From assembly GCA_976551045.1 (NCBI GenBank), contig CDPCPM010000044.1, forward strand, positions 5,270,001 to 5,334,000: DNA of 64,000 nt, in the 5' to 3' direction. Under the pieces are notes generated by a model. It had not been told where the DNA came from. It saw nothing but the letters and a program-made list of their open reading frames with translations, and ran no database searches. Position 1 is the stretch's first letter. The number at the start of each line of letters is the position of its first letter. A program made the position numbers and the translations under genes. This DNA comes from Glaucostegus cemiculus. Its lineage: Eukaryota. Positions 23,682 to 33,925 of the stretch are shown here, piece after piece.

Positions 23682-23878
23682 AATACACAAAAAGTGCTGG
23701 AGGAACTCAGCAGACCAGGCAGCATCCATGGAGGGAAATGAACAGTCGATGATGCAGGCCGTGACCCTTTATCAGTCCTGTACTGTTTATTTCCCTCCAT
23801 GGATGCTGCCTGACCTGCTGAGTTCCTCCAGCACTCTTTGTGTATTGCTCCAGATTCCAGCATCTGCAGAATTTGTGT
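23682..23878. mobile_element. 197-bp palindromic Penelope-derived insertion with 14-bp TSD
   Basis: TSD CAGCGATAAGGAAC at 23668-23681 and 23879-23892; 66-bp inverted arms 23681-23746 / 23782-23847 with 4 mismatches. Confidence 0.92.
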
Positions 23879-24037
23879 CAGCGATAAGGAACTTTAGTCA
23901 TGTGGAAAGACTTGAGAAGTTGGAGCTGTTCTCGTTGGAGCAGAAGAGATTGAAAAGGGATCTGGTGGAGGTATTTATGGAGGATGTAAACAGAGTATAC
24001 AGTGAGAAATGGTTCCCGCTGGCGGAGGGGTTCAGGG

Positions 24038-24380
24038 AGGCAGAGTGGAACAGCGGGTAGTGCTGCTGCCTCACCGCTACAGCGAGCCCAGTACTAACGT
24101 CCAGTGTGTGGAGTTTGTATGTTCTCCCTGTGACTGTGCGAGTTTCCCCACTTCTCCAGATTCCTCCCACTTCTCAAAGATGTGCCAGTTGGTAGGTTAG
24201 GTGGCTGCTGTAGAATACCTGTATTGGTGGGTGGCAGGAGAAATGAGGAGCACATGATGGGTATGTGAGAGAAGGCCACAGGGTAAAAAAAAATAGGGGA
24301 ATGGGATTGATAGGATTGCTCTGAAAGTTGGCATAGAATTGATGGGTCAAATGGCCTCCTTCTAAGTCATATGAAATATG
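24038..24380 (+). mobile_element. HE1-type V-SINE with CR1-like tail
   Basis: tRNA-like head (cagcgggtagtgctgctgcctcac), V-domain, tail gatgggtcaaatggcctccttct. Confidence 0.82.
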
Positions 24381-25217
24381 AATAGGCAACATAGGATGAT
24401 GGAAACAAAGGACGAAAGAAACAAACCACAAGGAAAAGCTTTTCAATTCAGCAAATGGCTAGAGTCCGGAATTCACTAGTGAAGACAGATTCATTTGTAG
24501 CATTAAAAAGGAAGTTAGACATGTGTGTGAAAGGAAATAATTTGTTGTGCTCTGGGGAAGAGGACAAGGAGGTGGGGTAGCTGGAGCTGTTCTCATTGGA
24601 GCAGAGCTGGAATGGACCTGGTGAGGAAATGGATTCCTTTTGTGCCATAGCCATTATGTGCTTCTGTAACATGCAACAATTTTATACAATGCCAGTTAGG
24701 CCACAGCTTGAATACTGTGTACAGTTCTCATCATTACAGAAAATATATAATTACAATGGAGAGGGTGAAGGGAGATTTGCAAGTATGTTGTCAGGACTGG
24801 AAAATGTTAACTACGAGGAGGGACTGGACAAGCTAGAGTTGTTTTCTTTGGATTAGAAGAAGCTGAGGGGAGAATTAACTGAGAGAGCTACATAGAATAA
24901 ATTGAAAGGATTTATTTCCCTTAGCACTAAGGCCAAAATCCAGCAGGTATGGATTAAACTAATTAATAGAAGGATTAGATGGGAGGTATGTAAAATTCTG
25001 AGAGACAAATGAGAGAGTGATAGTAGAACGTGCTGCTTGAGAGGGTGGTAGAGGTAGACCCCCTCATCGCATTCAGGCAGTACCGGGATGTCGAGTGAAC
25101 ACCAGTCACCTTCAGTTCTATGAAACCAGTATTAGAGGTGGAATTAGGCTAGAGAGCTCTTTTTTTGACCTGCATGGAGACAATGGCCTTCAGTGTATTA
25201 AATTGTCTGTAATTTAA

Positions 25218-25520
25218 TAATTCCATGATTTTTATATCTTCCCTCAAGTAGGGAGACTAGAGCTGCACGCGGATGCTGCGGCCTCACCGGTACCCTGTAC
25301 AGTTGCAGCAAACCAACCTTTTTGCAATTCATGCACAAGCACTCCAAGTTCCTCTACACAACAGTATGCTGCAAACTTTCATCATTTAAATGATAATCTG
25401 ATCTTCTATTTTACCTTCCAAAGCGGATGACCTCACATTTACCAAGATTTTATTCCATCTGCCACACCCTTGCCCACTCACTCAACCCATCTATATCTCT
25501 CTGCAAACTCTCCACATCCT
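25218..25520 (-). mobile_element. CR1 RT fragment
   Basis: Reverse complement of LQRDIDGLSEWARVWQME..CEVIRFGR. Confidence 0.75.
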
Positions 25521-25628
25521 CTGCTACATCTATTTCTTGATTTATTACCTGTGCCACTGTAATGTTATTATTTGGTGGTCTATAGACAACTCCCACCAGT
25601 TATTTATTTCCCTTCACTATTCCTAAGA

Positions 25629-25894
25629 GCAGGCATGGTATCGTAACGCTATTACAGCTCTAGAGACACGGGTTCAATTCTAGCCACTGTCTGTATGGAG
25701 TTTGTCCCCGTGATTGAATGGGTTTCCTCCCACATTCCAAAGTTATACAGGTTAGGAAGTTGTGGGCATGCTGTGTTGGTGCCAGAAGAGTGGCAACACT
25801 TGTGGGCTGCCCCCAGAACATTCTACACAAAGATGCATTTCACTGTGTGTTTCAATGTACATGTGACTAATAAAGACGTCTTGTCTTACTTATC
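25629..25894 (+). mobile_element. V-SINE with Rex1-like tail (internal deletions)
   Basis: Same family as 11388. Confidence 0.85.
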
Positions 25895-26099
25895 ACAATA
25901 CAGGGCCATACTACAGAGTGGTCATTGCTCCAAATTCTATTAAAATGTGGATCTATGATGTCCAGGTAAGTAGAAAAAAAGATGAATAGCTTTTCTCTCA
26001 TACTGTGTGACTGTTGTATATTGACAACGCACTCTTGCCTTAAGTTTATTCAAATTAAATGTGCAGAATAAGGAAACTGCAATCTGTCCCAGAAAGTTA

Positions 26100-26645
26100 A
26101 AAAAAAACTGCAGATGATGGAAATCAGAAATAAATACAGAAAATGCTGTAGATCACTCAGTTGGTCAGACAGCATCTGTGACACGAAAAGCAGAGTTAAT
26201 GCTTCAGGTCAATGAATTATAACTAGGAATAGTTAGAAACCAAGCTTTTAAATTACTGAGATAAGGGAGAGGTGGAGACAAGGGAATGTATGTAATAGAG
26301 TAGAGACCAGGGGAGAGTAGATGTTGTAAATGGGACTGATGCTGGCTGAGAGAGAGTGACAAGGGCTTGTTAATTGCTGCTGAACCAGAAGATGTAAACA
26401 GAGGGAGATAAATGAGGACAGAGGGAAATATAATACACTGGCCTTGAGAGGTAAAAAAGACAGCAGTAGCTGTAATAGTAGAAAATGCTCAAATACCCTA
26501 TCACAGACATTCCCTTTGTCCCTTCGCCCCTCCCCCTTCTCCGGCTGTTTTCTAATGATTCAGGTGATAAATCATTAACTTGGTCCCTCTTTCCACAGAG
26601 ACTGCTTGACTTACTGATCATTTCCAGCATTTTCTGTTTTAATTG
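26100..26645. mobile_element. Old Penelope-like inverted terminus pair
   Basis: ctgcagatgatggaaatc..aatgctg..cagcatctgtg at left; ccacagagactgcttgacttactga..ccagcattttctg at right. Confidence 0.65.
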
Positions 26646-26711
26646 CAGCAGGTCGTGGCTGGACAACTTAATTTATACTTGGTGTTGATTATAACTTGAA
26701 TATTGAAGAGG

Positions 26712-26947
26712 TGTAGCGACTCATGATATCGGGGTCTGAAACGCCATCGGCCGTCGCGGGGAAACGCGCGAGTTCCCATGATAGCGCTGGAAGGCGGGAC
26801 TTCCGGCGGGAGTATGACGTCACTTCCGCCGGCCATGTTTTTTGTAGTTCGGGATATGCGCGGCTTTTGGTGAGTTATTAAAAACGTGCTCCATCGAGTC
26901 TCCGTGTCCTCGTGTTTTTTCTAAGTCGCACCCTGCTGGCTGCTACA
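26712..26947 (+). mobile_element. Young solo LTR (236 bp) with 4-bp TSD, CpG-rich
   Basis: TGTAGC...GCTACA termini; TSD GAGG at 26708-26711 and 26948-26951; ATTAAA in the 3' half; about 25 CpGs by hand count. Confidence 0.92.
26799..26840. promoter_or_regulatory. ETS, overlapping CRE-ETS and YY1-like motifs inside the LTR
   Basis: ACTTCCGG 26799-26806; TGACGTCACTTCCG 26815-26828; GGCCATGTTT 26831-26840. Confidence 0.5.
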
Positions 26948-27739
26948 GAGGGAGCATTTATGCAGCTATTCAATATATGTCCATGATCTAGATTTTTACA
27001 GAATAATGTTGGCAGCACTTACCATTCACTGTCATTATCCCATGAAGTTGAGACAACTATGGGGTTTCTACACATGAGAACACAGAAATCCGGAAATTGA
27101 TGTCCATAAGTAAATGCAAACCAGTGGGTTGTGCTTTAACACCGGGCTCCTCATGGGGTGCAGTGAGCGTGTGTTGGCCTGGGCTAATTGGCTAACATTT
27201 ACGAACTTGTCAGGAAATTCCCTGCTGCATCTCAGAAGGCCTATTGCGTGTCTCCCATTGACTTTAAAGGAAGGGAACAGCTTTAAGAGACTCGAGTAAA
27301 AGTTGGTTAATTTAAACAAGACTCCAGATGGATTGTTAGAATAAAATCACCCTATTAAATATTTCCAAAGACGTTTAAAAATCTCTCATGGCTTGTTAAT
27401 CTGATAATTCAGATATGGTTGTGGTTAAGTGCTCTAAAAGGTATTTGGAAATGATTCAGGTATTTTTAAGCCTTTTTGGTTTTGTTTAGAGCTTCTAACA
27501 GTTTATGAAAGTATCAGAAATGTTTAGAAATATTCAGATATTTTAAGCCAGTGACCACTCTGAGTCAGTCGAGGAAAATACAGCAGACTGATGCCCCTTT
27601 TACCATATATCATTATGATCCAGAGGGCTTGCCATGGAGGAGCTCTTCCAAATATTCCCACCAGGGAGATCATTATAGTTGGGGTATTTTTCTTTAGCAA
27701 AGTTAATGGTGAGCGCTGTCAGCCTGCCAATAGCCCCTT

Positions 27740-27833
27740 CCCTATATTGTGTTTGGTAGAACACATTCCTCAGCCCCTATATTGTGTTTGGGTAGGATGC
27801 ACTCCGCAGCTTGGGTAGGATGCACTCCGCAGC
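27740..27833. repeat. Compound tandem duplication (35/36-bp unit x2, then an exact 23-bp copy)
   Basis: ccctatattgtgtttgg.. at 27740 and 27775; ttgggtaggatgcactccgcagc at 27788-27810 and 27811-27833. Confidence 0.9.
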
Positions 27834-28137
27834 TTCAAAATAGTTGATTACACTAAGCTATATATACAGATACTGTAATTACAGTACGTAAGTAGGACAT
27901 TCGATTCATTGCTCCTGTGCCAATGCTGGTTCTGTAAATGAAGCTGTCTACTTTGAATCCCAGTTGCTGCCTTTACTCTGTATCCAGTTTTACACATATT
28001 TCAAATACATATTCAACTTGCTGTTTGCAATTGACACTCAATGTGAAAAATATTCAACCTCACTCTTCAAGTGATAATCCTGACAAAATATCTCTTCTTT
28101 TGCAATTTAACAGCCTACAAAAATTTTGATCCTTACT

Positions 28138-29182
28138 TTGGAATTGGAATTGGTTTATTATTGTCACGTTTACCGCGGTACAGTGAAAAACTTGTCTTGC
28201 ATACTGTTCGTACAGATCAATTCATTGCACAGGGCATCGTGGTAATACAAGGTAAAATAACAGAATGCAGAACAAAGTGTAACAGCTACAGAGAAAGTGC
28301 AGTGCAGGTAGACAATAAGGTGCAAGGTCATAATGAGCTAGATTGTGAGGTCAAGAGTTCATCTTATCATTTAAGGGAACTGTTCAACAGACTCATAACT
28401 GCAGGGCAGAAACTCTCCTTGAAACTGGTGGTATGTGCTTTCAGGCTTCTGTGTCTTCTGACCGATGGGAGAAAAGAGAAGAGAGAATGTCCAGGGTGGG
28501 GGGGAAGGTGTCTTTGATTAAACTGGCTGCTTTACTGAGGCAGCAGGAAGTGTAGACATGGAGTGAGTCCATGGAGGGGAGGCAGGTTTCCATGATGGGC
28601 TGAGCTCTATCCAAAACTCTGCAGTTTCTCACGGTCCTGGGCAGAGCAGTTGCCATATCAAGCTGTGATGCATCCAGATAGGATGCTTTCTATGGTGCAT
28701 CTATAAAAACTGGTTAGGGTCAACAGAGACATGCCAAGTTTCTTTAGCCTCCTGAGGAAGTAGAGGCACTGGTGAGCTTTCTTGGCCGTGGCATCTACGT
28801 GGTTAGACCTGGCAACTGGTGATGTTCATTCCTAGGAACTTGAGGCTCTCAACCCTCTTGACCTCAGCACCATTGGTCTAGACAGGATCATGTACACCAC
28901 CCCCTTTCCTGAAATCAATAACCAGCTCCTTTGTTTTGATGACACTGAGGGAAAGGTTGTTGTCATGACACTATGTCACAAAGCTCTCTATCTCCTTCCT
29001 TTACTCTGACTCATTGTTATTTGAGATACGGCCCACTACGGTGGGATCATCTGCAAACTTGTAGATGGAGTTAGAGCAGAATCTGACCGTGCAGTCATGA
29101 GTGTATAGGGATGAAAGTAGGGACTGAGGATGCAGCCTTGTGGAGCACCAGTGTTAAGAATAATCATGGCAAAGGTGTTGCC
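28138..29182 (-). mobile_element. Rex1/Babar LINE 3' fragment
   Basis: (TTGGAA)n tail, tttattattgtcac; RT remnants YKFADDPTVVG and CLSKAASLIKD. Confidence 0.9.
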
Positions 29183-30437
29183 AAAGAGAAGCTATTTGCT
29201 TGGTCAAAGAGAAGGTATTTGTCCTCGGCCTCAAAGAAAACTGCCCTTAAGAATCTAGCTCTCTCTGTAATGTGGATTTTCTCTTTCTTGTTATCAGTTG
29301 CTGTCAATCCAGGGCACCCATGCATCGAGCAACATTGATGTCATCAAATAGTTCATGTAATCAATCGCATTGAAGAATTCCCACAGACTACAAACCAAAG
29401 AACAAAATACCCAAATTTTGGAAATCTCCATCAGGTCCTTCTTTAATTGGGATTGTCATAGTGAAAAGAACACCAGTTTTTCAAACCTTCTTCATAGTTC
29501 CAACATTTTTTCTTGCTATTCTTCCCATGATCTGTACCCAGAATAATAGCAAGTCTTGTAGAAAATCAATGTTACTCTCATGGTTTTGTATTCAATGACC
29601 TTACATAAATTTCTTGTTGGAAGTTCAAATTCATTGCCCAGAGGTACCAGAAATTTTGATCAAATTTTCACAGGTAAACTTAGTCTCGTTCAATTAAAGT
29701 TAAATATCACAACATTATTATACTTTGCAGGAATATGATTAAAGCTTGTAGCAGATCACTTGAGATCTCCTCACTATTCTTATCTAAGGCAATTATATGT
29801 AAATAAATGCATGGCCTAGCTATCGTTCTAATGGCTAAATATCTCATGCTGTACAGGCTACAAAATCATAGAATTTGTGTAGTTGATTTCCGATAGTTGT
29901 AATGTTGGAGATGCCATGGTTGACTTTAACTTTCCTGGACTCAAGAGAGGAATATTGAACTTCAGCGACCTCTGCTGGAACAAGTGGAAGAAACCTTTGG
30001 CGAGTTGTAACTTTTCCCCAGTATCATGTAGGCAACAGCATTCAGCACCAGAAGAGCAGAAACCATAGCAGGGAACCCCATCACCAATCAAATTGGAGCC
30101 CAGAAAGAGGTTTGAAGACTGAGCTGTCACAAATAGGACACTCACATTCTGTGCCCCAACTATTCTTCTCTGAGCTTTAGTTCCTTATCATTTGCAAGTA
30201 AAAGTGGCTTTTAATGTGTACCACTAATATGTTTGAGAAACTGGTTTGTAACTGTCGCAAGTGCGAAATATATGGATAGTTTTCACATCTTGCCTTTTTT
30301 ACATCAGTTAAAGTGGGGACTGGCATTAAAATGTGTGACTGTAAAGGGGTTTAAAGATGAACAACAGTGGCTTTTCTGTTTAGTCACAGAGAGATGCAAC
30401 ATGGAAACAGACCCTTCAGTCCACTGAGTCCATGCTG

Positions 30438-30854
30438 GCCACCAAGCCTTTGCGTTGGCTGTACCCAGCTTCAGTGCGTCTCTCAGCACATACTCCTGCA
30501 ATTTGGAATGTGCCACTCGGCAGCATTCCCCTACGGACATCTCACAGTGCTGGAAGGCCAACAAGTTCCGGGCAAAGGCTCGGTGGGGAAGGACTACAGT
30601 TTAGTGTTCTTCTGCCACAGGAGAGGGAGGGGCGGAGTCAGGTGAGGAAGCCCCTCAAATGTTGTAAATATGGGATTGGGGTATCACCCCAGGGAGCCAC
30701 ATGTCTGGCATCAGTGCTGTGTTTTGTATACATAAAAAGGTAACACTAAGAATGGAACTGTACACAAATGTAATGGTTTGAACTGTTTTATTATTATATA
30801 TAGTTTTTATTATGAATAAAGTTTATTTTGATAATAAAAATAAAAATTAAAAAA
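30438..30854 (+). mobile_element. Tx1/L1-clade 3' fragment with 5' inversion, A-rich tail and 11-bp TSD
   Basis: TSD AGTCCATGCTG at 30427-30437 and 30855-30865; inverted part encodes ECCRVAHSKLQEYVLRDALKLG; sense part AKARWGRTTV-stop, AATAAA, A tail. Confidence 0.88.
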
Positions 30855-30889
30855 AGTCCATGCTGTCCATCAATCCCATTACTGCACAA

Positions 30890-31780
30890 CACCCCAGTCA
30901 GCTGGATGTTGCCGCACTAACTACCTGTCCTTAGTGGAAGAGTTCTTCCAAGTAAACACCTTTGACCACAAGTCCATCAGGCAGTGGTCAACACAGAATG
31001 TCCTCCAGACACTGCGGGGCAGGAACTCTATGGAGACTATGAGGTGGTTCCCTGAGCAAACGGTCCAAACCATCTGGCAAAACACCTCATCGCCAGATCT
31101 CACCAACAAGCACCAAGACCTCACTTGGCTGGCGGTGAGATGGGCCCTCACAGTCAGATCATTCCTGTACAGACGTCATATCATCCCCAGTGCACATGGC
31201 CTTCAGGACGGCTGTGGTGAGGAAGAGACAGTCACCCACCTCTTTGCAGACTGTAGATTTGCTAAGAGGATGTGGAGGAGGATACAAGGGTCTGTGTCAT
31301 AGTTTATCCCAAGCAGCTGCATGACAGAGGACTCTCTGACCTACGGGCTGTTCCCAGGGGCATACTCTGAGACAGACATCAAGTGCTGCTGGAATGTCAT
31401 CAACTCAGTGAAGGATGTCCTTTGGTCTGCCTGAGACTTGTTGGTCTTCCAGCACAGTGAGATGTCTGTAAGGGAATGCTGCCGACTGGCACAGTCCAGG
31501 CTGCAGGAGGACATGCTGAGGGAAGCACTGAAGCTCAGTGCAGCCAATGCTAAGGCTCTGTGGGGAAGGACCACAGGCTAGGGTCTTTCCGCTACTGCAC
31601 ATGGAGGAGCTGAGTTGGGTGAGGAAGTCCCTCAAGGAATGAAAGGATGTAACACCCCAGGGGGCCATATGAGTGGTAATGGTGTTATGGTTTCTTTTTC
31701 TTTTAAAAAGTTTACACTACTGAATGTAATGACCATGAATGTAAAAGTTTTTCATTGTTTTATTCCTTTGTGAATATTTT
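30890..31780 (+). mobile_element. Tx1/L1-clade ORF2 C-terminal fragment plus 3'UTR
   Basis: WQNTSSPDLTNKHQDLTWLAVR..GCGEEETVTHLFADC (zinc-knuckle region); ..ALKLSAANAKALWGRTTG-stop. Confidence 0.85.
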
Positions 31781-31809
31781 TCATCATGAATCAAGTCAAC
31801 TTGTAACAA

Positions 31810-32110
31810 TAAATGCTGGCTGTCAACCATCCATTTACACTAATCCTACATTAATCTCATTTTTTAAATTCTCCCCATATTCTCATCAACTTCCCCCAGA
31901 TTCTGCCTCTCACCTAAATAGCAGGGGGAAGTTACAGTAACAAATAAGCTTGCCAACCCACACAACTTTAGGACATGGGAGGAAACTGGAGCACTTGAAG
32001 TCATAAGCAGAACGTGCGAACTCCACACAGACAGCACCCAAGTTCAGGATTGAACCCAGGTCACTGGTAGTGTGAGGCAGCAGCTCTACTAGCTGCACCA
32101 CTGCACTGCC
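31810..32110 (-). mobile_element. HE1-type V-SINE
   Basis: Minus strand ggtgcagctagtagagctgctgcctcaca..ctgggttcaatcc..gtgtggagttcgcacgttct. Confidence 0.8.
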
Positions 32111-32369
32111 CAGATAACTCGCATTGCGAAGTCAACACTCCTTTTAAACTAAACACTTGGAAATTCATTCTGAAGCTAGATTAAAGTCTTGCATTCAAAC
32201 AGCTACGGGAAATTGAGAGACCAAAGACCGTAAACATAAATAGCATGGCAATGAGAAATAGCTTCAACCAACACACTCAAATCCAGTCTATATTGTCTGC
32301 TAAAGAGGTCTCTGTGGAATTAATTTATTCAGTACAAGTCCAGTTTACATTACATTTAAGTGTCTCAAC

Positions 32370-32720
32370 TTCAACAACAACTTGAAGTTATATAGCATTC
32401 TTAACAAAGGAAAATATCCCAAGGTGTTTCAGAGGAGCCAAAGAAGGGGATATAGGAGAGAGGACGGAGAGTTTGGTTAAAGATGTTGTCTTAAAGGAGT
32501 TTTAAGGATGTGAGAGAAGCTCAGATGAGGAAGTAATGAACTTCGGGCTGAGGTGGCTTAAGATTTTACTGCCAATGGTGGGGAAAGGAACCAGGGGAAG
32601 CCAAGAGGATGAGTTGGAGGAACAGAGAGTTCTGAGAAGGCTGCGGTGTTGGGAAAAGTTACAGAGACAGGAAAGGCTGAAGCTATGAAGGATTTGAACA
32701 AAAGGATGAGAAATTTAAAA
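32370..32720 (-). mobile_element. L2-type LINE 3' end
   Basis: aacaacaacttg..tatatagca..tcccaaggtgtttca..; gatttgaacaaaaggatgagaaatttaaaa. Confidence 0.65.
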
Positions 32721-33032
32721 CCCAGCACTCAGAATGGCTGAATCTATCAAAATTGGTGAAAACCAATCAGACCTCTTGAACAAATCATGAAGTTGGTAGA
32801 AAACACACTGGAGACAGCTTTATGGTGGTTACACCCAGAAGCATGTACTAATACAGGACCTGGGTGATTCCCAATGGGACCAAATGGAACTTAATGCAGC
32901 TGCAGACACTTCGCTGTGCAGGGTGGCAGCCCTTCAGCAGGCCAGCGCACTTTGGCTGCCAAGGAGGAAACAGGGGATTCAGGAGAGAGGGAGACAGCTC
33001 CAATGTGCTCTCAGTGGGACACAGCAGTAGGA

Positions 33033-33079
33033 AACAGAGACCATGAGGGAGGTCCTGTGCCTCCCTCATGGTCTCTGTT
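33033..33079. repeat. Perfect 20-bp inverted repeat with 7-nt loop
   Basis: AACAGAGACCATGAGGGAGG-tcctgtg-CCTCCCTCATGGTCTCTGTT. Confidence 0.95.
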
Positions 33080-33160
33080 ATTATTGCAAGGAACTGGCTG
33101 AAAAGGCTTCTCCAGGACTGAAATTGCCCATGCCATAGGATAATGTTGCTGGTCTCTCCT

Positions 33161-33198
<38 letters not shown>
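33161..33198. repeat. (TC)n(AC)n microsatellite
   Basis: tctctctctctctt followed by an AC run. Confidence 0.95.
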
Positions 33199-33581
33199 TG
33201 CACATCAGTGGGTTGCTCTCCTACATGAACAGAGAAATAACACATGGGAATACACCTTCCTTCTGCAGGGGTAAAGATATACCCTACTCCATCATGCTCA
33301 CACACTGTTCACGTGATTGTGCATTCAGCTAACTTGGAAGGGGAAGGAGTGAAGGCTGTAGGGAACAGCCACCTATAACTTGGAAGCGTCAGCTAGGTCA
33401 TTGCCATGCAATTTGCTCGACCATGGTCCACAGCCAGACATCCAAGCTGCTTTGTCTATTGGTTCTGGGCAATGGCAGGTTCTGGCCCATCTTTTGTGCC
33501 ACTGTGGGTATCTGCGTGGACTCAAAGTGAAAGGGAGCAGCCATCCAGCAGCCAAACACAGAGCACCGCTTTGTAGTGCCA

Positions 33582-33925
33582 GGGTGGAATGGTGGGCCTC
33601 ACAGTTAACGCCACTGCCTCAGAGCTCATGTGATCTGGGTTCAAAACTGGCTTCTGGTGCTACCTGTGTGGGGGTTGCACATTCTCCCTGTGACCACGAG
33701 CCTTGGGTGCCCTCCCACATCCTAAAGACATGCTGGCTGGTAGATTAATCTGCTACTGTAGATTACCCCTAGCATAGGTAGGCAGTCAGAGGATCGCTGG
33801 GGAGGGCATTAATGGGATTTCAGAAAGAATGGGCTATGGGAAATAAATGTGACAGAAGATTGATGGAATTCCTGAGAGAACTGGCACAGACTCAATGAAC
33901 CAGATGGCCTCCTATTATGAAGAAG
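33582..33925 (+). mobile_element. HE1-type V-SINE
   Basis: ctgcctcagagctc..ctgggttcaaa..gttgcacattctccctgtgacc..; tail cagatggcctcct. Confidence 0.78.

Larger units (their letters stand above)
23570..25200 (+). mobile_element. Fragmented CR1 3' regions (at least two pieces) with nested inserts
   Basis: EYCVQFWFPH, ERLEKLELFSLEQKRLKRDLVEVF, RPQLEYCVQF, EEGLDKLELFSL. Confidence 0.75.

Noticed and set aside
26712-26947. CpG island / host gene promoter
   Set aside because: CpG richness is bounded exactly by TG..CA termini and a TSD, so it is an LTR.
27740-27833. CRISPR-like repeats (also 58203-58258 and 16940-17100)
   Set aside because: No repeat-unique spacer periodicity, no cas genes, vertebrate context.
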